A DNA stretch of 64,000 nt from an uncultured candidate division Zixibacteria bacterium (GCA_963668625.2 CAXXKA010000001.1:558701-622700); one strand, 5' to 3'; counted from the first letter of the stretch, positions 45,452 through 56,042 are shown. Program-made: numbers and translations. The notes: generated by a model from the letters alone, not told the origin.

Positions 45452-46732
45452 TCAATTAATCAGGGAAATATTCGGGATTATTCCAGTTAAAGTAATCCCG
45501 ACATTAATGAAGTCTTCTTTTCGAGTATAACGCTCATATGTTGAGCCGTTATAAAAAGTTTCGGTTGTCTCCCAAAACGAATATTCGGCGTAGATATCGG
45601 CAATTATTTTTTTGAAGCTTACTGCGGTGCCGGCCGTAAATCCAATAAGATATGCCGGGGAGTTATCCGTTAATTCATCACTAATTATTGGAATGGCCTC
45701 GCTGAAAAATCCCATGCGGATAGGGTATTTACTTTTGTACTCCAGTCCCATCCTGATGGAGTGACCATTTTCGGTATCATCGAAAAGATTAGCGCGATTC
45801 AAATAAGTATCCAATTTGCAATCGTGAAACGGTCTATTGTCGTACTCGAAAGCCAGAATCGCTTGATCCGTCTCATATGACAGGCCCGCTCCGTATGTTG
45901 TAGGAATGTTGGCTTTTATGGTACGATAGTCATGGTATATGTATTCCATTCCGTAATAAAATTCGTGTTTATAATAGTAATGATTGGATTTATAGCAATA
46001 CTCGGGTTTTATCATAAAGGCGAACATGACAGTTTCGGTAAGTTGAATCGAGGTACTTATAGTCGAAAAAAAGGTATCGAAATAATAACCAAACTCTCTA
46101 TCTGATGAAGACTGCTGTCCTCTTATGTCAAGATTGTGGTTATCATCCTTGGAATTATATCTGCTTTTTAATGATTTATGCAAACCTGCGCCTATAGCTA
46201 TTCTATCGTTCAGTTTAGCCGCCAGAGCTATCGAAAGAGTTCTGATGCCTCCGTTGTTAGTAGTTTTTGAATCAGAGGTGTAATCATCATCCCGGTAATA
46301 CCGTTCGGATTTGGATTTCATAGCCCAATCCAAGTAAGTACTGACACCCAAGCCCAGTGAGATATTTCTGCCGGAGTCGGAATTATGATGAGTTAAAACG
46401 CAAGCGAATTGAGAGGCTTTGAAATATATCGGATATGATTCTGATAATTCATAGTTATGATTGCTTAAATTATTACTATCATCATTTATCCAACCACCGA
46501 TCAAGCGTCCCCCTATCTGTACCGAGTTGTCATCCCTTAAACAAAGGTTCGCCGGATTGGTAAATATCGCGTTTGCGCCAAAAGTCGTTACAAGCTCTGT
46601 CCGTCCCAGAGATCGGGCGCGGGCGTCATTGACAGAAGGGGTAAAGGCGACGATAGGGTTAATGCTATAATCAAATTGCGCGTATATAGTTGAGCAAAAT
46701 AACAGTATTATCAGTAATATTATTTTTCTCAT
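45452..46732 (-). CDS. outer-membrane beta-barrel protein, FadL/PorV-like (tentative)
   Basis: Signal peptide MRKIILLIILLFCSTIYA. N-terminal motif DARARSLGRTELVTTFGANAIFTNPANL resembles the A-x-G-G-A...D-A...NPA-x-L start of FadL/TodX and PorV-type barrels. Alternating beta pattern throughout. Confidence 0.6.
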   Translation of the reverse strand: MRKIILLIILLFCSTIYAQFDYSINPIVAFTPSVNDARARSLGRTELVTTFGANAIFTNPANLCLRDDNSVQIGGRLIGGWINDDSNNLSNHNYELSESYPIYFKASQFACVLTHHNSDSGRNISLGLGVSTYLDWAMKSKSERYYRDDDYTSDSKTTNNGGIRTLSIALAAKLNDRIAIGAGLHKSLKSRYNSKDDNHNLDIRGQQSSSDREFGYYFDTFFSTISTSIQLTETVMFAFMIKPEYCYKSNHYYYKHEFYYGMEYIYHDYRTIKANIPTTYGAGLSYETDQAILAFEYDNRPFHDCKLDTYLNRANLFDDTENGHSIRMGLEYKSKYPIRMGFFSEAIPIISDELTDNSPAYLIGFTAGTAVSFKKIIADIYAEYSFWETTETFYNGSTYERYTRKEDFINVGITLTGIIPNISLIN

Positions 46733-46839
46733 TGTTAGCTTCCTACAATAATACTTTCTTAACCATAATGTTACTTATATAAAGCACGATTAAAAAACTC
46801 GTGTATAGTAAAAGTTAATAAAAACCTAAATATTAATTC

Positions 46840-48030
46840 CTACTCAGCCTGCCAACCTACGGGAAAACCGAACATGGAATTGCTTTCTGTCGCTTCCTTC
46901 AAAATTAAACGAGAGATTACTATTCGCTGAACCTCCGAGGTGCCCTCGCCGATTTCATCGAGTTTGACATCACGCCACATGCGCTCAACCGGGAACTTAT
47001 CGGTCAGGCCGACCTCGCCTAAAATACCGATAGCAGTCCAGCAGACAAAGGTGCCGACCTCGGCTGCGTAAAGTTTCGCCATCGCCGACTCTTTGCTGAA
47101 CCGCTTGCCGGAGTCTTTGAGTACCGCCGAGTGATATACCAGGTGACGGGCTGCCTGTATCTGAGTGGCCATGTCTGCCAGCTTGAAAGCGATAGACTGC
47201 TGATTCGATAAATCCGGTTTCAGAGCGGCATATTTCACCGCCACATCAAAAGCGCCCTGGGCCAGCCCAAGCGCCATAGAGGCTATCGATACCCGGCCGC
47301 CGTCGAGGGTGATCATGAACTGCTTGAATCCGTGCCCTTCCTCGCCTAGCCTGTCGGATTCGGGAACGATCAAATCATCAAAGTGAAGAAACCGGGTGTC
47401 GGAGCCGCGAAGCCCCAGCTTGTTCTCTTTTTTGCCAGAGGAGAAACCCTCAGTACCGGCCTTTACGATAAACGAGGAGATACCCTTGGTGCCGCCCTCA
47501 CGAGAGGTGCGGGCGGTAAATATAGCGGTATCACATATCCCGGCGCAGGTGATCCAGCACTTGGTGCCGTTCACCTTGTAGCCGTTATCGATTTTCTCGG
47601 CGAATGTCTTGGTACCACCGGCATCGGAACCAGCGCCCGGCTCTGTCAGGCCGAATGCCGCCAGCTTGCCGCCGGTGGTTATCTCCGGCAGGTATTTCTT
47701 GCGTTGCTCCTCGGTACCGAACTTGTAAATCGGGAAATTACCCAGCGAGTTGTGCGCCGCCACCGTGATTCCGGTAGAACCGCAAACACGCGATAACTCC
47801 TCGACCGCGATAGCGTAAGTTAACGTATCGGTGTAGGTACCGCCGTACTTTTTATCCACCTGCATTCCCAGCAGGCCGAGTTCGTTCAAGCGGGGGACAA
47901 TCTGGTCGGGGAAGACCTGGTCGTGATCGATTCGAGTGGCGTACGGCTGAACCTCCGATTCGGCAAACTCCCGGATTTTCATCCGGAAGTTTTCATGCTC
48001 ATCTGATGTCCAGGTTAGATTTTCATGCAT
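46840..48030 (-). CDS. acyl-CoA dehydrogenase
   Basis: ACAD N/M/C domains: GLTEPGAGSDAGG, WITCAG, C-terminal IGEGTSEVQR. Confidence 0.9.
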   Translation of the reverse strand: MHENLTWTSDEHENFRMKIREFAESEVQPYATRIDHDQVFPDQIVPRLNELGLLGMQVDKKYGGTYTDTLTYAIAVEELSRVCGSTGITVAAHNSLGNFPIYKFGTEEQRKKYLPEITTGGKLAAFGLTEPGAGSDAGGTKTFAEKIDNGYKVNGTKCWITCAGICDTAIFTARTSREGGTKGISSFIVKAGTEGFSSGKKENKLGLRGSDTRFLHFDDLIVPESDRLGEEGHGFKQFMITLDGGRVSIASMALGLAQGAFDVAVKYAALKPDLSNQQSIAFKLADMATQIQAARHLVYHSAVLKDSGKRFSKESAMAKLYAAEVGTFVCWTAIGILGEVGLTDKFPVERMWRDVKLDEIGEGTSEVQRIVISRLILKEATESNSMFGFPVGWQAE

Positions 48031-48038
48031 AATGATAA

Positions 48039-49184
48039 CTATACTTTCTTGCCAAGGTTTCTGTAAATTACCATTCGTTGTGCCTCGGATGTACCCTCGT
48101 AAATCTCGGTCACCCTGGCATCACGGAAATACCTCTCGACCGCGTATTCTTTCACATAGCCGTAACCGCCATGAATCTGCACCGCCTGGTTGGCTACGAA
48201 ATTAGCGGTCTCGGAGGCGCAAAGCTTGGCCATGCTACAATACTTGGATGCGCGCCGCTCCTGATCTTTTAATACCGCCGCTTTATGTGTCAGGAGTCGA
48301 GCAGCCTCGATTTTCAACGCCATATCCGAGAGCTTGAACTGTATCGCCTGGAAATTAGCGATTGGTTGCCCGAATTGCTCGCGCTCGTGAGCGTACTTGT
48401 AGGCTTCCTCGAACGCGGCCTGGGCGATTCCGACAGCCTGGGCGGCGATACCGATACGGCCGTTATCCAGAAGGCTCAAGGCTATTTTGAATCCCTGGTT
48501 TTTTTCACCCAACAAACTCTCTTTCGGGATTTTACAATCCATGAAAGATACCTCGCGGGTATCTGATGCTTTCAAGCCCATTTTCTTTTCTTTTTGACCG
48601 ATCTTCAAGCCCGGGGCATCCTTTTCGACTATGAAACAGGAGATACCTTTCGAGCCGAGTGATTTATCGGTCTGGGCAAATACGATGAAAATACCGGCGA
48701 ATCCGGCAGAGGTAATAAACGCCTTGGTGCCGTTTAACACGTAACCATCCGCTGTTTCCTCGGCGAATGTCTTGAGCGAACCGGCATCGGTACCCGAGCC
48801 TGGTTCTGTCAGGCAATAGGCGCCGATGATTTCACCGGAGGCGAGCTTCTCTAGATATTTGTCTTTCTGGGAATCATTGCCGTGGCTTAAAATAGCGCAG
48901 CAAACCAACGAGTTGTGAACCGAAAGCCCAACCTCTACAGCCGCCGAGCCACGGGAAAGTTCCTCCATCGCGCAGGCATATGAGAGAGTGTCCAATTCCA
49001 GGCCGCCATATTTTTCCGGCAGAAGCATACCGAAATAACCCAATTCGGCCAATTCCCGGTAAATCTCCTCGGGCACTTTTTCTTCCTCGTCCATCTTCTC
49101 GGCGATCGGCATCAGCTTCTTCTCGGCGAACTCTCGCGCCGCCTCAGCCATCAATTGTTGATCTTCACCAAGATTAAAATCCAT
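48039..49184 (-). CDS. acyl-CoA dehydrogenase (short-chain/butyryl-CoA dehydrogenase-like)
   Basis: CLTEPGSGTDAGS, FITSAG, QIHGGYGYVKEYAVERYFRDARVTEIYEGTSEAQR. Confidence 0.93.
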   Translation of the reverse strand: MDFNLGEDQQLMAEAAREFAEKKLMPIAEKMDEEEKVPEEIYRELAELGYFGMLLPEKYGGLELDTLSYACAMEELSRGSAAVEVGLSVHNSLVCCAILSHGNDSQKDKYLEKLASGEIIGAYCLTEPGSGTDAGSLKTFAEETADGYVLNGTKAFITSAGFAGIFIVFAQTDKSLGSKGISCFIVEKDAPGLKIGQKEKKMGLKASDTREVSFMDCKIPKESLLGEKNQGFKIALSLLDNGRIGIAAQAVGIAQAAFEEAYKYAHEREQFGQPIANFQAIQFKLSDMALKIEAARLLTHKAAVLKDQERRASKYCSMAKLCASETANFVANQAVQIHGGYGYVKEYAVERYFRDARVTEIYEGTSEAQRMVIYRNLGKKV

Positions 49185-49310
49185 TTATTCCATCCTTCAT
49201 TAAAATTGCTATTATGTTGAAAATCTTACTTGAATCTATAGCCGGGTATTCACTCATCATAGTGAAACAGAAACCCGACTTGCACTATTAATATCTAATT
49301 AGAGCTCGAA

Positions 49311-50165
49311 TTACTTCGAGTAATCGAAAAAGCCTCTACCGGTTTTACGCCCCAGGTAACCGGCCTGCACCATTTTTTTCAAAAGCGGGCAGGGACGGTA
49401 CTTCGGATCGTTGTAACCCTCGTATAGCACGTTTATGATATCCAGACATATATCCAGGCCGATGAAATCCGCCAGTGTCAGCGGCCCCATGGGATGGTTC
49501 ATACCCAGTTTCATTACCGTGTCGATGGCCTCGGGAGTGGCGACGCCCTCCATCAGGCAGAACACGGCCTCGTTGATCATCGGCATGAGCACACGATTGG
49601 CGATAAAGCCCGGATAGTCGCTAACCTCGACCGGGGTTTTGCCCAGCTTGGCACAGGTTTCCTCTACAATCTTGTAGGTTTCGTCACTGGTAGCGATACC
49701 TCGGATGATCTCGACAAGCTTCATCATCGGGACGGGATTCATGAAATGCATACCGATGACTTTATCGGCTCGCTTAGTAATTGCGCCGACCGCTGTGATT
49801 GGCAGAGAGGAGGTGTTACTGGCCAGAATAGTATTCGGGCCGCAAACCTTGTCGAGAGTCTCGAATATCTGCTGTTTGATCTCCATTTTCTCGAACACGG
49901 CTTCGACTACCAACTCGGCGCCTTTAGCATCCTCTAAATTCGTCGAGGATTTGATTCTGCTGAGGGTTTCGGATATGGCTGATTCCTCTATTTTGCCTTT
50001 TTTTGCCTGACGTTCCAGATTCTTTTTGATTGTAGCCAGGGCACGATCGACATACTCCTGTTTGACATCTATTAATATAGTTTCAAAGCCGTTCTGGGCG
50101 AATACGTGCGCTATCCCGTTGCCCATTGTTCCGCCGCCGATAACTGCTACATGTTTTATATCCAC
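49311..50165 (-). CDS. hbd: 3-hydroxybutyryl-CoA dehydrogenase
   Basis: NAD-binding [16 protein letters not shown]. 3HCDH N and C domains ([33 protein letters not shown]). Confidence 0.95.
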   Translation of the reverse strand: MDIKHVAVIGGGTMGNGIAHVFAQNGFETILIDVKQEYVDRALATIKKNLERQAKKGKIEESAISETLSRIKSSTNLEDAKGAELVVEAVFEKMEIKQQIFETLDKVCGPNTILASNTSSLPITAVGAITKRADKVIGMHFMNPVPMMKLVEIIRGIATSDETYKIVEETCAKLGKTPVEVSDYPGFIANRVLMPMINEAVFCLMEGVATPEAIDTVMKLGMNHPMGPLTLADFIGLDICLDIINVLYEGYNDPKYRPCPLLKKMVQAGYLGRKTGRGFFDYSK

Positions 50166-50397
50166 TTTACCTCCGAATCAGGATGTTTATATTATTGCGG
50201 GCGTTGTGAATTGGAAAATATGCCCGCATCAGTAAGCGAACTTTTTCACAAGCTAATAGATAATAATAAAATCGCGGCGGGTTGTAAAGAAGATTCCAAA
50301 TAGTGCTGGTAGTCAGAGAGGGATTCCTTACGGATTGTGATTAATAGATTTATGACCGGTTAAAGTATTGATTTCCTGATAGGCTAATGAGCGCAAT

Positions 50398-50436
50398 TAA
50401 ATATAAAGCCGCCGAAAGATTACTTCCCGGCGGCTA
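50398..50436 (-). terminator. Rho-independent terminator after the 917-aa protein gene
   Basis: Minus strand: AGCCGCCGGGAAGTAATCTTTCGGCGGCT followed by TTATATTT. Confidence 0.65.
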
Positions 50437-50457
50437 AGGATTTCAATATGGGCAGGA

Positions 50458-53211
50458 CTAGTGAATTTGCGGTGGTGTTTGCGGACAATACAGGATTTCC
50501 TCCTGTAATCCTCTGAAATAATTAACTAAATATGTGATATCCGAGCCGATTACGGTGCAATCGCCATTGGCATCCGCTGCGGAATATACATATTCTGAGG
50601 TATGGTAATTGAAACATGAATCAACTGGCGGTTCACCCGCTCCTCTGAAATAATTTACCAGGTAGGAAACATCCGCACCAACAACTCTCATATCGCCGTT
50701 AATATCGCCGGGTTTGTAATCACAACCTTCAAGGTAAATAATCGGGCTGTAATGTTCAGTGAAATTGTAATTGTAAGATACTTGAGTAGAATTGTAATGG
50801 GATGCTCTGCAACAGCGCAATTCAACACCATAAGGAGCGTTAGTATTGGCTTGTAAAAAGATCGTTGCTATTTTAACCGGTTCCGGCGCTAAAAATCCAT
50901 TTGGCACAAAATCATAAGAACTAGAATAGGTGATATCCATACATCCAATTGGGGTATATGGAGTATAATAAGGCAACAAAGTGTGCTGATGCCAGATATC
51001 TTGAACATGATTAATGGTCATTGAAGTAATTACTGAATCGAAACATTCTTCAGAGACACTAAATAAAGCATAGATAGCTTCTATCTCATGAGTTGTATAT
51101 GTTTGCGCGTAGATATCCATAGCAACGGGTTGATTCTTATAACCATAGATCGGAGAGCCGTCAGGATTGCCATACCATATAGCGACTGCCGGCGAACTTG
51201 TTACTTGTCTTGATGCTATGTTATTCTCCGGATTTACATCCCCGGGTGTTGATAAGGAAAAAGTTACACTGTAAGTAGTATCGAAAGGTGGAATAAACGG
51301 ATTCGAGAATTCGGCCATAGCTTTTCTACCTGATTCAATGTAAAACCCGCTAATAGTATCTGAATATACAATCTCTGATGAACTGTTAATCATTGCTTGG
51401 AAATAAATCTCTACCGGGCCATTAGTTAGTCCGTAATTTTCCAAATAAACCAGAGGGTAATAAGGCAGATCCTTTTGAATTTTCCATTGTGGTGCACCAA
51501 TCCTTAATATTCCCACATCGGCTTGAGATTTCTCTTCAAGAAGTATATTAAGGGTTGTGTGCCAATCAGAATAATGATTATGCAAATAATAAGATTGGTA
51601 TTGAGGATGAAATACGCTAAGGTTCTTGAATCCTGAAGTAAGTTCTATAAAAGAAAAATACCCCATACTATCTGTGGTAGTCTCCATGAAAGGATTGGCT
51701 AAAACTACAGTTGCGCCCTCAATAGGCAGGCTATCCTGAGTCATGATGATTCCCTGTACTGAGGCTCCGGTTGATAATCTTATATCATTAACGGTATTGG
51801 TCTCGCCGGCAGAAACTAGAAAGGAGTCTACTTGCCAGGAATCATAATAATCGTGACTGAATAAAATTTGGTAAAAACCTTCGTCAAGATCACTTATAAA
51901 GAAATATCCGAGACTATCGGTAACTGTGCTAAAGTCAGTTCCGGCTATCTCAACCGATACATCCTTGATTGGCTCACCCGTATTGATTGCATAAACATGA
52001 CCATCAATAGCGCCTATTTCATTCAAGGTTATGTCATACTCTGTTGGAAGATGCTCATAAACAGTCAGATCATTCACGACTGAATCAATGTAGTATTCAT
52101 GCGAGAACTCAATAGTGTATATTCCAGGGAGAAGGTCGGGAATAGTGTATTCGCCGTTGGAGTTAGTCGTAACACTTATATCATTGTGATATACACTTAC
52201 TTGTATTCCCTCGACCGGATTGGTACTTTGATTGCTTACTACACCTGATATAGAGCCTGGCACTATCGGAGCACGACAGAAATAAAACGGGCTGAAATAC
52301 TCATTATGGTAAAGGATGTTGTCGTCTGAATGGCCATTACCGTATGGATTTGGTCCCTGTATTCCCGTTTGTAGCCCAATGAGGTCAGTTTGACCGGGGC
52401 CAATACAATTGGCTTTAGCTCGATATACAGAGCTGTCTGTCGTAGTAACTACAGCATAGGTCGCTATTTTTGTGGGAACATTAAGATTAAATATAGGGCA
52501 TGGTGTTAGATTGAATAAAAACAAACAATTTTGGCTTGACCAACCAGCTATATTCGGAGGTGAGAATTCTTGAAAGGAAAAACCGCCATTAGCACACTCG
52601 GTGGGGATATAAACCTCGCCGATATCCTCGGATAATATTTGATCTATATACCTGTTATCGAAACCCAGAATTGTAGCTATCACATCAATTGAATTTACTG
52701 TATCGATTAACTCAACATAAACATCTACAAAAACCGTATCACCCAGACCTACATTTATAGGTGTAGCATCAATATTACCAAAATATATGTTTGCAAAGGC
52801 TGGATTGCCTCCATGCATGGAATACTCATTATTACTGGTATCTTCATCGAAAGGAGAAATTGCCTCTGAAAAAAAACAATAACAGATGTTTTCCTCGGTT
52901 ACAAATGGAATAGAGGAGCTAAAAGTGTCAGCTTGACCAGGATTAAGAAATAAACCATGTAGAGTATCTTCATACACTATTACGTTGAATATCTGACTTC
53001 CCTCATAGACTTTTATTAATAAATCAAAAGTTTGAGGATTGGAACCATAGTTCATCGCTATTACAGTTGGGTAATAATCTTTTCCTAATCTCATAGCCGT
53101 TGGCGGACTAGTCATTGATATAACCGCTATATCGTTTTCATAAGTCTGCGCATTTAATGAGGCAGTGAACATTAAAATACAACATTGCACGTACAATAAT
53201 ACTTTTCTCAT
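50458..53211 (-). CDS. large secreted multidomain protein ending in a dockerin-like module
   Basis: Signal peptide. Two CARDB-like plus IW(F/Y)G modules. Three CarboxypepD_reg-like domains (e.g. GSISGVVSNQSTNPVEGIQVSVY...TNSNGEYTIPDLLPGIYTIEF). C-terminal duplicated Ca-loop/helix GDINGDMRVVGADVSYLVNYFRG ... ADANGDCTVIGSDITYLVNYFRG. Confidence 0.85.
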   Translation of the reverse strand: MRKVLLYVQCCILMFTASLNAQTYENDIAVISMTSPPTAMRLGKDYYPTVIAMNYGSNPQTFDLLIKVYEGSQIFNVIVYEDTLHGLFLNPGQADTFSSSIPFVTEENICYCFFSEAISPFDEDTSNNEYSMHGGNPAFANIYFGNIDATPINVGLGDTVFVDVYVELIDTVNSIDVIATILGFDNRYIDQILSEDIGEVYIPTECANGGFSFQEFSPPNIAGWSSQNCLFLFNLTPCPIFNLNVPTKIATYAVVTTTDSSVYRAKANCIGPGQTDLIGLQTGIQGPNPYGNGHSDDNILYHNEYFSPFYFCRAPIVPGSISGVVSNQSTNPVEGIQVSVYHNDISVTTNSNGEYTIPDLLPGIYTIEFSHEYYIDSVVNDLTVYEHLPTEYDITLNEIGAIDGHVYAINTGEPIKDVSVEIAGTDFSTVTDSLGYFFISDLDEGFYQILFSHDYYDSWQVDSFLVSAGETNTVNDIRLSTGASVQGIIMTQDSLPIEGATVVLANPFMETTTDSMGYFSFIELTSGFKNLSVFHPQYQSYYLHNHYSDWHTTLNILLEEKSQADVGILRIGAPQWKIQKDLPYYPLVYLENYGLTNGPVEIYFQAMINSSSEIVYSDTISGFYIESGRKAMAEFSNPFIPPFDTTYSVTFSLSTPGDVNPENNIASRQVTSSPAVAIWYGNPDGSPIYGYKNQPVAMDIYAQTYTTHEIEAIYALFSVSEECFDSVITSMTINHVQDIWHQHTLLPYYTPYTPIGCMDITYSSSYDFVPNGFLAPEPVKIATIFLQANTNAPYGVELRCCRASHYNSTQVSYNYNFTEHYSPIIYLEGCDYKPGDINGDMRVVGADVSYLVNYFRGAGEPPVDSCFNYHTSEYVYSAADANGDCTVIGSDITYLVNYFRGLQEEILYCPQTPPQIH

Positions 53212-53495
53212 TTGATTCCTCCTGCGATTTAAGATAGGTTTAAAATATATACCTGAAAATATGATCTAACCGTCCAATATGTCAAGTAAAATTATTGTTA
53301 GGTTTATCTGATCTCGATTAGAACATTGATTAATAATTGAACTGGCAAAATCCAAATATTAAGCCTTTCGTAACACCGGAGATGATGCTGTCTATGTTGC
53401 TAACCAATTACATATTATAAGATTGCGATTGCGTTTCAGAATTTAACGTCCTTGGCATCAAATTTACTTATTAGTATTGCCAAAAGGAGGCAACA

Positions 53496-54071
53496 ATGCA
53501 AGTAACAACAGTTCTTTCAGACTTAGTAAAATACAACACCGGGTATCTAGCGAAACATCTTAATAATATAGATAAATCTCGTTTGTTTATCCGTCCCGAT
53601 GGTTATCATAATCCGATAATATGGATACTCGGACATATAGTGGTTTCCCGTGGCAGCCTGTTAGAGGTTTTGGGTGTCGAGCCCGGTATGGAGAAATTCG
53701 ATCGTTATTTCGCATCGGGCACATATCCTTTAAACGATCCCTCGGAATATCCGCATTTCGATCAATTAATGAGTCAATTGAGCAAACTCGGAAACAGTCT
53801 GGTTCAGCAAATAGGCCAGGGGGGAGACAGCCTTTTACAGCGCCAGGTTTGGGGTGATTACGAGAATATCGGCAAGTACATCACTAACGCTTATATACAC
53901 GAGACCTATCATGTCGGACAGATAAATTATCTGCTGTCATTAACGGCAGGCATGCAGTCGATGAAAGCCAAGTTGAGTATCGGCTCGGGGACTCGCAAGA
54001 AAAAAGCCAGTACAGGCAAAACAGGGGTGTTTTCTCTTTCCGGATTACGTTCCATACTCACCGTAAAATAA
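53496..54071 (+). CDS. DinB family protein
   Basis: DinB_2-type His triad context: NPIIWILGHIVVSRG ... HETYHVGQINYL. RBS AAGGAGG. Confidence 0.85.
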   Translation: MQVTTVLSDLVKYNTGYLAKHLNNIDKSRLFIRPDGYHNPIIWILGHIVVSRGSLLEVLGVEPGMEKFDRYFASGTYPLNDPSEYPHFDQLMSQLSKLGNSLVQQIGQGGDSLLQRQVWGDYENIGKYITNAYIHETYHVGQINYLLSLTAGMQSMKAKLSIGSGTRKKKASTGKTGVFSLSGLRSILTVK

Positions 54072-54107
54072 ACAGGTGGTTTCACAGCGGGGGCATTAGG
54101 CGTTGCC

Positions 54108-54148
54108 CGGCCGGCCGGAACCCTCTACCGGCCGACCGGCGTTTTTTT
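54108..54148 (+). terminator. Rho-independent terminator after the DinB-family gene
   Basis: GC-rich CCGGCCGG...CCGGCCGACCGGC stem followed by T7. Confidence 0.7.
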
Positions 54149-54460
54149 CATCTCAACACTTTCATATAAAATAAGCAGGGATTCAAAACGTCGAATCCCT
54201 GCTTGATTGATATTAAAAATACCGGTTTACCAGGTGTGTGTGTATAAAGCGAATCGTAATTTATTAATTGCGTCGCCGGGTGGAGGGAGGTCTTTATTTA
54301 TCCTCTCCCGGAGACATGCCGCATGAAATCAGGTGTCAGGAATGGATTCCTTACACCACCGTCATCCAACAAGGAATTTTTCAACAATCCCTATGGTGTC
54401 GATGAAAACATAATCGAAAAATAGTCTTGCAAAAAAGAAATTTTGTAAGCGAAAGAAAAT

Positions 54461-54715
54461 CACTAGTGTCCGGTCTTTTCATCTCGTTGCGAAGCGCTGC
54501 TTCGCAACGTGGCTTGTTTGCCGGCAGAATGCGCATTCTACATGATTCAAGAAGGTTTCCAAGCAGCGCTTGGAAACCAGAAAACCAAGCCTAACATCGG
54601 CAGGATATGTCAGGATGAATGATACGCTGAATAAAATAATTATATCGGAAAATATTTTTCATTAACAATTCCAAGGAGAAATTTAAAATTTAACGAAAAA
54701 CACCGGACACTAGTG
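54461..54715 (-). mobile_element. MITE-like non-autonomous element, copy B (255 bp, inverted relative to copy A)
   Basis: Reverse complement differs from copy A at 2 positions (my count). Flanked by the 9-bp direct repeat AAAGAAAAT (54452-54460 and 54716-54724). Confidence 0.9.
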
Positions 54716-54787
54716 AAAGAAAATATATGTTTAACATATGCTTCGCTTTAAACCTACACGCAAGGCAAACCGGTGGTTTCTAATATC

Positions 54788-54820
54788 AAAAAAATAGGGA
54801 CATTCGATTGAACGTCCCTA
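54788..54820 (-). terminator. Rho-independent terminator after acyl-CoA dehydrogenase 54849..56042
   Basis: Minus strand: TAGGGACGTTCAATCGAATGTCCCTA followed by T7. Confidence 0.8.
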
Positions 54821-54848
54821 CAACAATTTATTACTGTTTACAGTTTTT

Positions 54849-56042
54849 CTAGCGAAGCATCATACCGGCGATAACCAGTCTTTGAACCTCCGAGGTACCC
54901 TCGTAGATTTCGATTACGCGCTGATCGCGGTAGAGTTTCTCGATAGGCGAGAACTCGCCGATATAGCCGTAACCACCATGTATCTGCATGGCGTGATTAA
55001 CGCAGAAATTCGAAACCTCGGTGGCAAACAGCTTAGCCTGGGCGGCCTCGAGTGAGTATTTGACACCGGCATCTTTCATCTGAGCGGATTTGTATGTCAT
55101 CAAGCGAGCAGCCTCGACCTGGCAGGACATATCGGCAATCTTCCATTGGGTGGCCTGGAATTTCGAGATAGGCGTACCGAAACAGATACGTTTCTTCGAG
55201 TACTCGATAGATTCCTCCATCGCGCGCTGGGCGATACCCAGACCCTGAGCGGCTACGCCGATACGGGCGGAGTCGAGGGTGTTCATAGCGATACGGAAAC
55301 CCTTACCTTTATCACCTAAGAGATTCTCTTTGGGAACGCGCAGATTATCGAACCAGATACGGCCGGTTGTGGCAGCACGCATACCCATTTTCTTTTTCAG
55401 GGTAGCTGTTTTGATTCCATCCACGAGTTTGCCATCCTTGCGGGCCTCGACGATAATCGCCGACACCTTGCGCGAGGCTTTACCCTCGCCTTCCGATTCG
55501 GGATCGACTATGCGGCAGAACAACACGAACAGGTCGGCAACATCGCCATGCATGATAAATATTTTCTCGCCGTTAATTACGTACTCATCACCCTCCAGCA
55601 CCGCGGTTGTGCTCTGGTTAGCGGCATCCGAGCCTGCATCGGGCTCGGTAAGACAGAATGACGGAATAATCTCGCCATTGACACATCGGGAGACATATTT
55701 TTTCTTCTGCTCATCGCTACCGAAATGCACGATAGGGTAGGTTGCCAGTTCGCCCACGGCATTAAGCAGGCAAGCAGCCGGATCCCAGTAGCAGAGCTCC
55801 TCGATTAAGGTGATATATTCGATATTGGAACGACCGCCGCCGCCCAATTCTTTCGGCGTGTTGAATCCTATGAATCCCTCTTTAGCGAGCTGTTTGTAAA
55901 GCTCCAAACCGAAACGATCGGGGTCATCGCGATGGTCTAATTCTTTGCTTACGGGGACTATGTATTTCTGTGCGAATTCGGCAACCTGGTCACGTACAGC
56001 CTGCTGCCGATCATCAATATTGTACCTTGGCTTCATTTCCAC
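54849..56042 (-). CDS. acyl-CoA dehydrogenase
   Basis: CLTEPDAGSDAAN, QIHGGYGYIGEFSPIEKLYRDQRVIEIYEGTSEVQR. Confidence 0.9.
   Translation of the reverse strand: MEMKPRYNIDDRQQAVRDQVAEFAQKYIVPVSKELDHRDDPDRFGLELYKQLAKEGFIGFNTPKELGGGGRSNIEYITLIEELCYWDPAACLLNAVGELATYPIVHFGSDEQKKKYVSRCVNGEIIPSFCLTEPDAGSDAANQSTTAVLEGDEYVINGEKIFIMHGDVADLFVLFCRIVDPESEGEGKASRKVSAIIVEARKDGKLVDGIKTATLKKKMGMRAATTGRIWFDNLRVPKENLLGDKGKGFRIAMNTLDSARIGVAAQGLGIAQRAMEESIEYSKKRICFGTPISKFQATQWKIADMSCQVEAARLMTYKSAQMKDAGVKYSLEAAQAKLFATEVSNFCVNHAMQIHGGYGYIGEFSPIEKLYRDQRVIEIYEGTSEVQRLVIAGMMLR

Noticed and set aside
47852-47860. DnaA-box-like TTATCCACC
   Set aside because: It is a single near-consensus copy inside an acyl-CoA dehydrogenase coding sequence, with no cluster and no AT-rich unwinding element.
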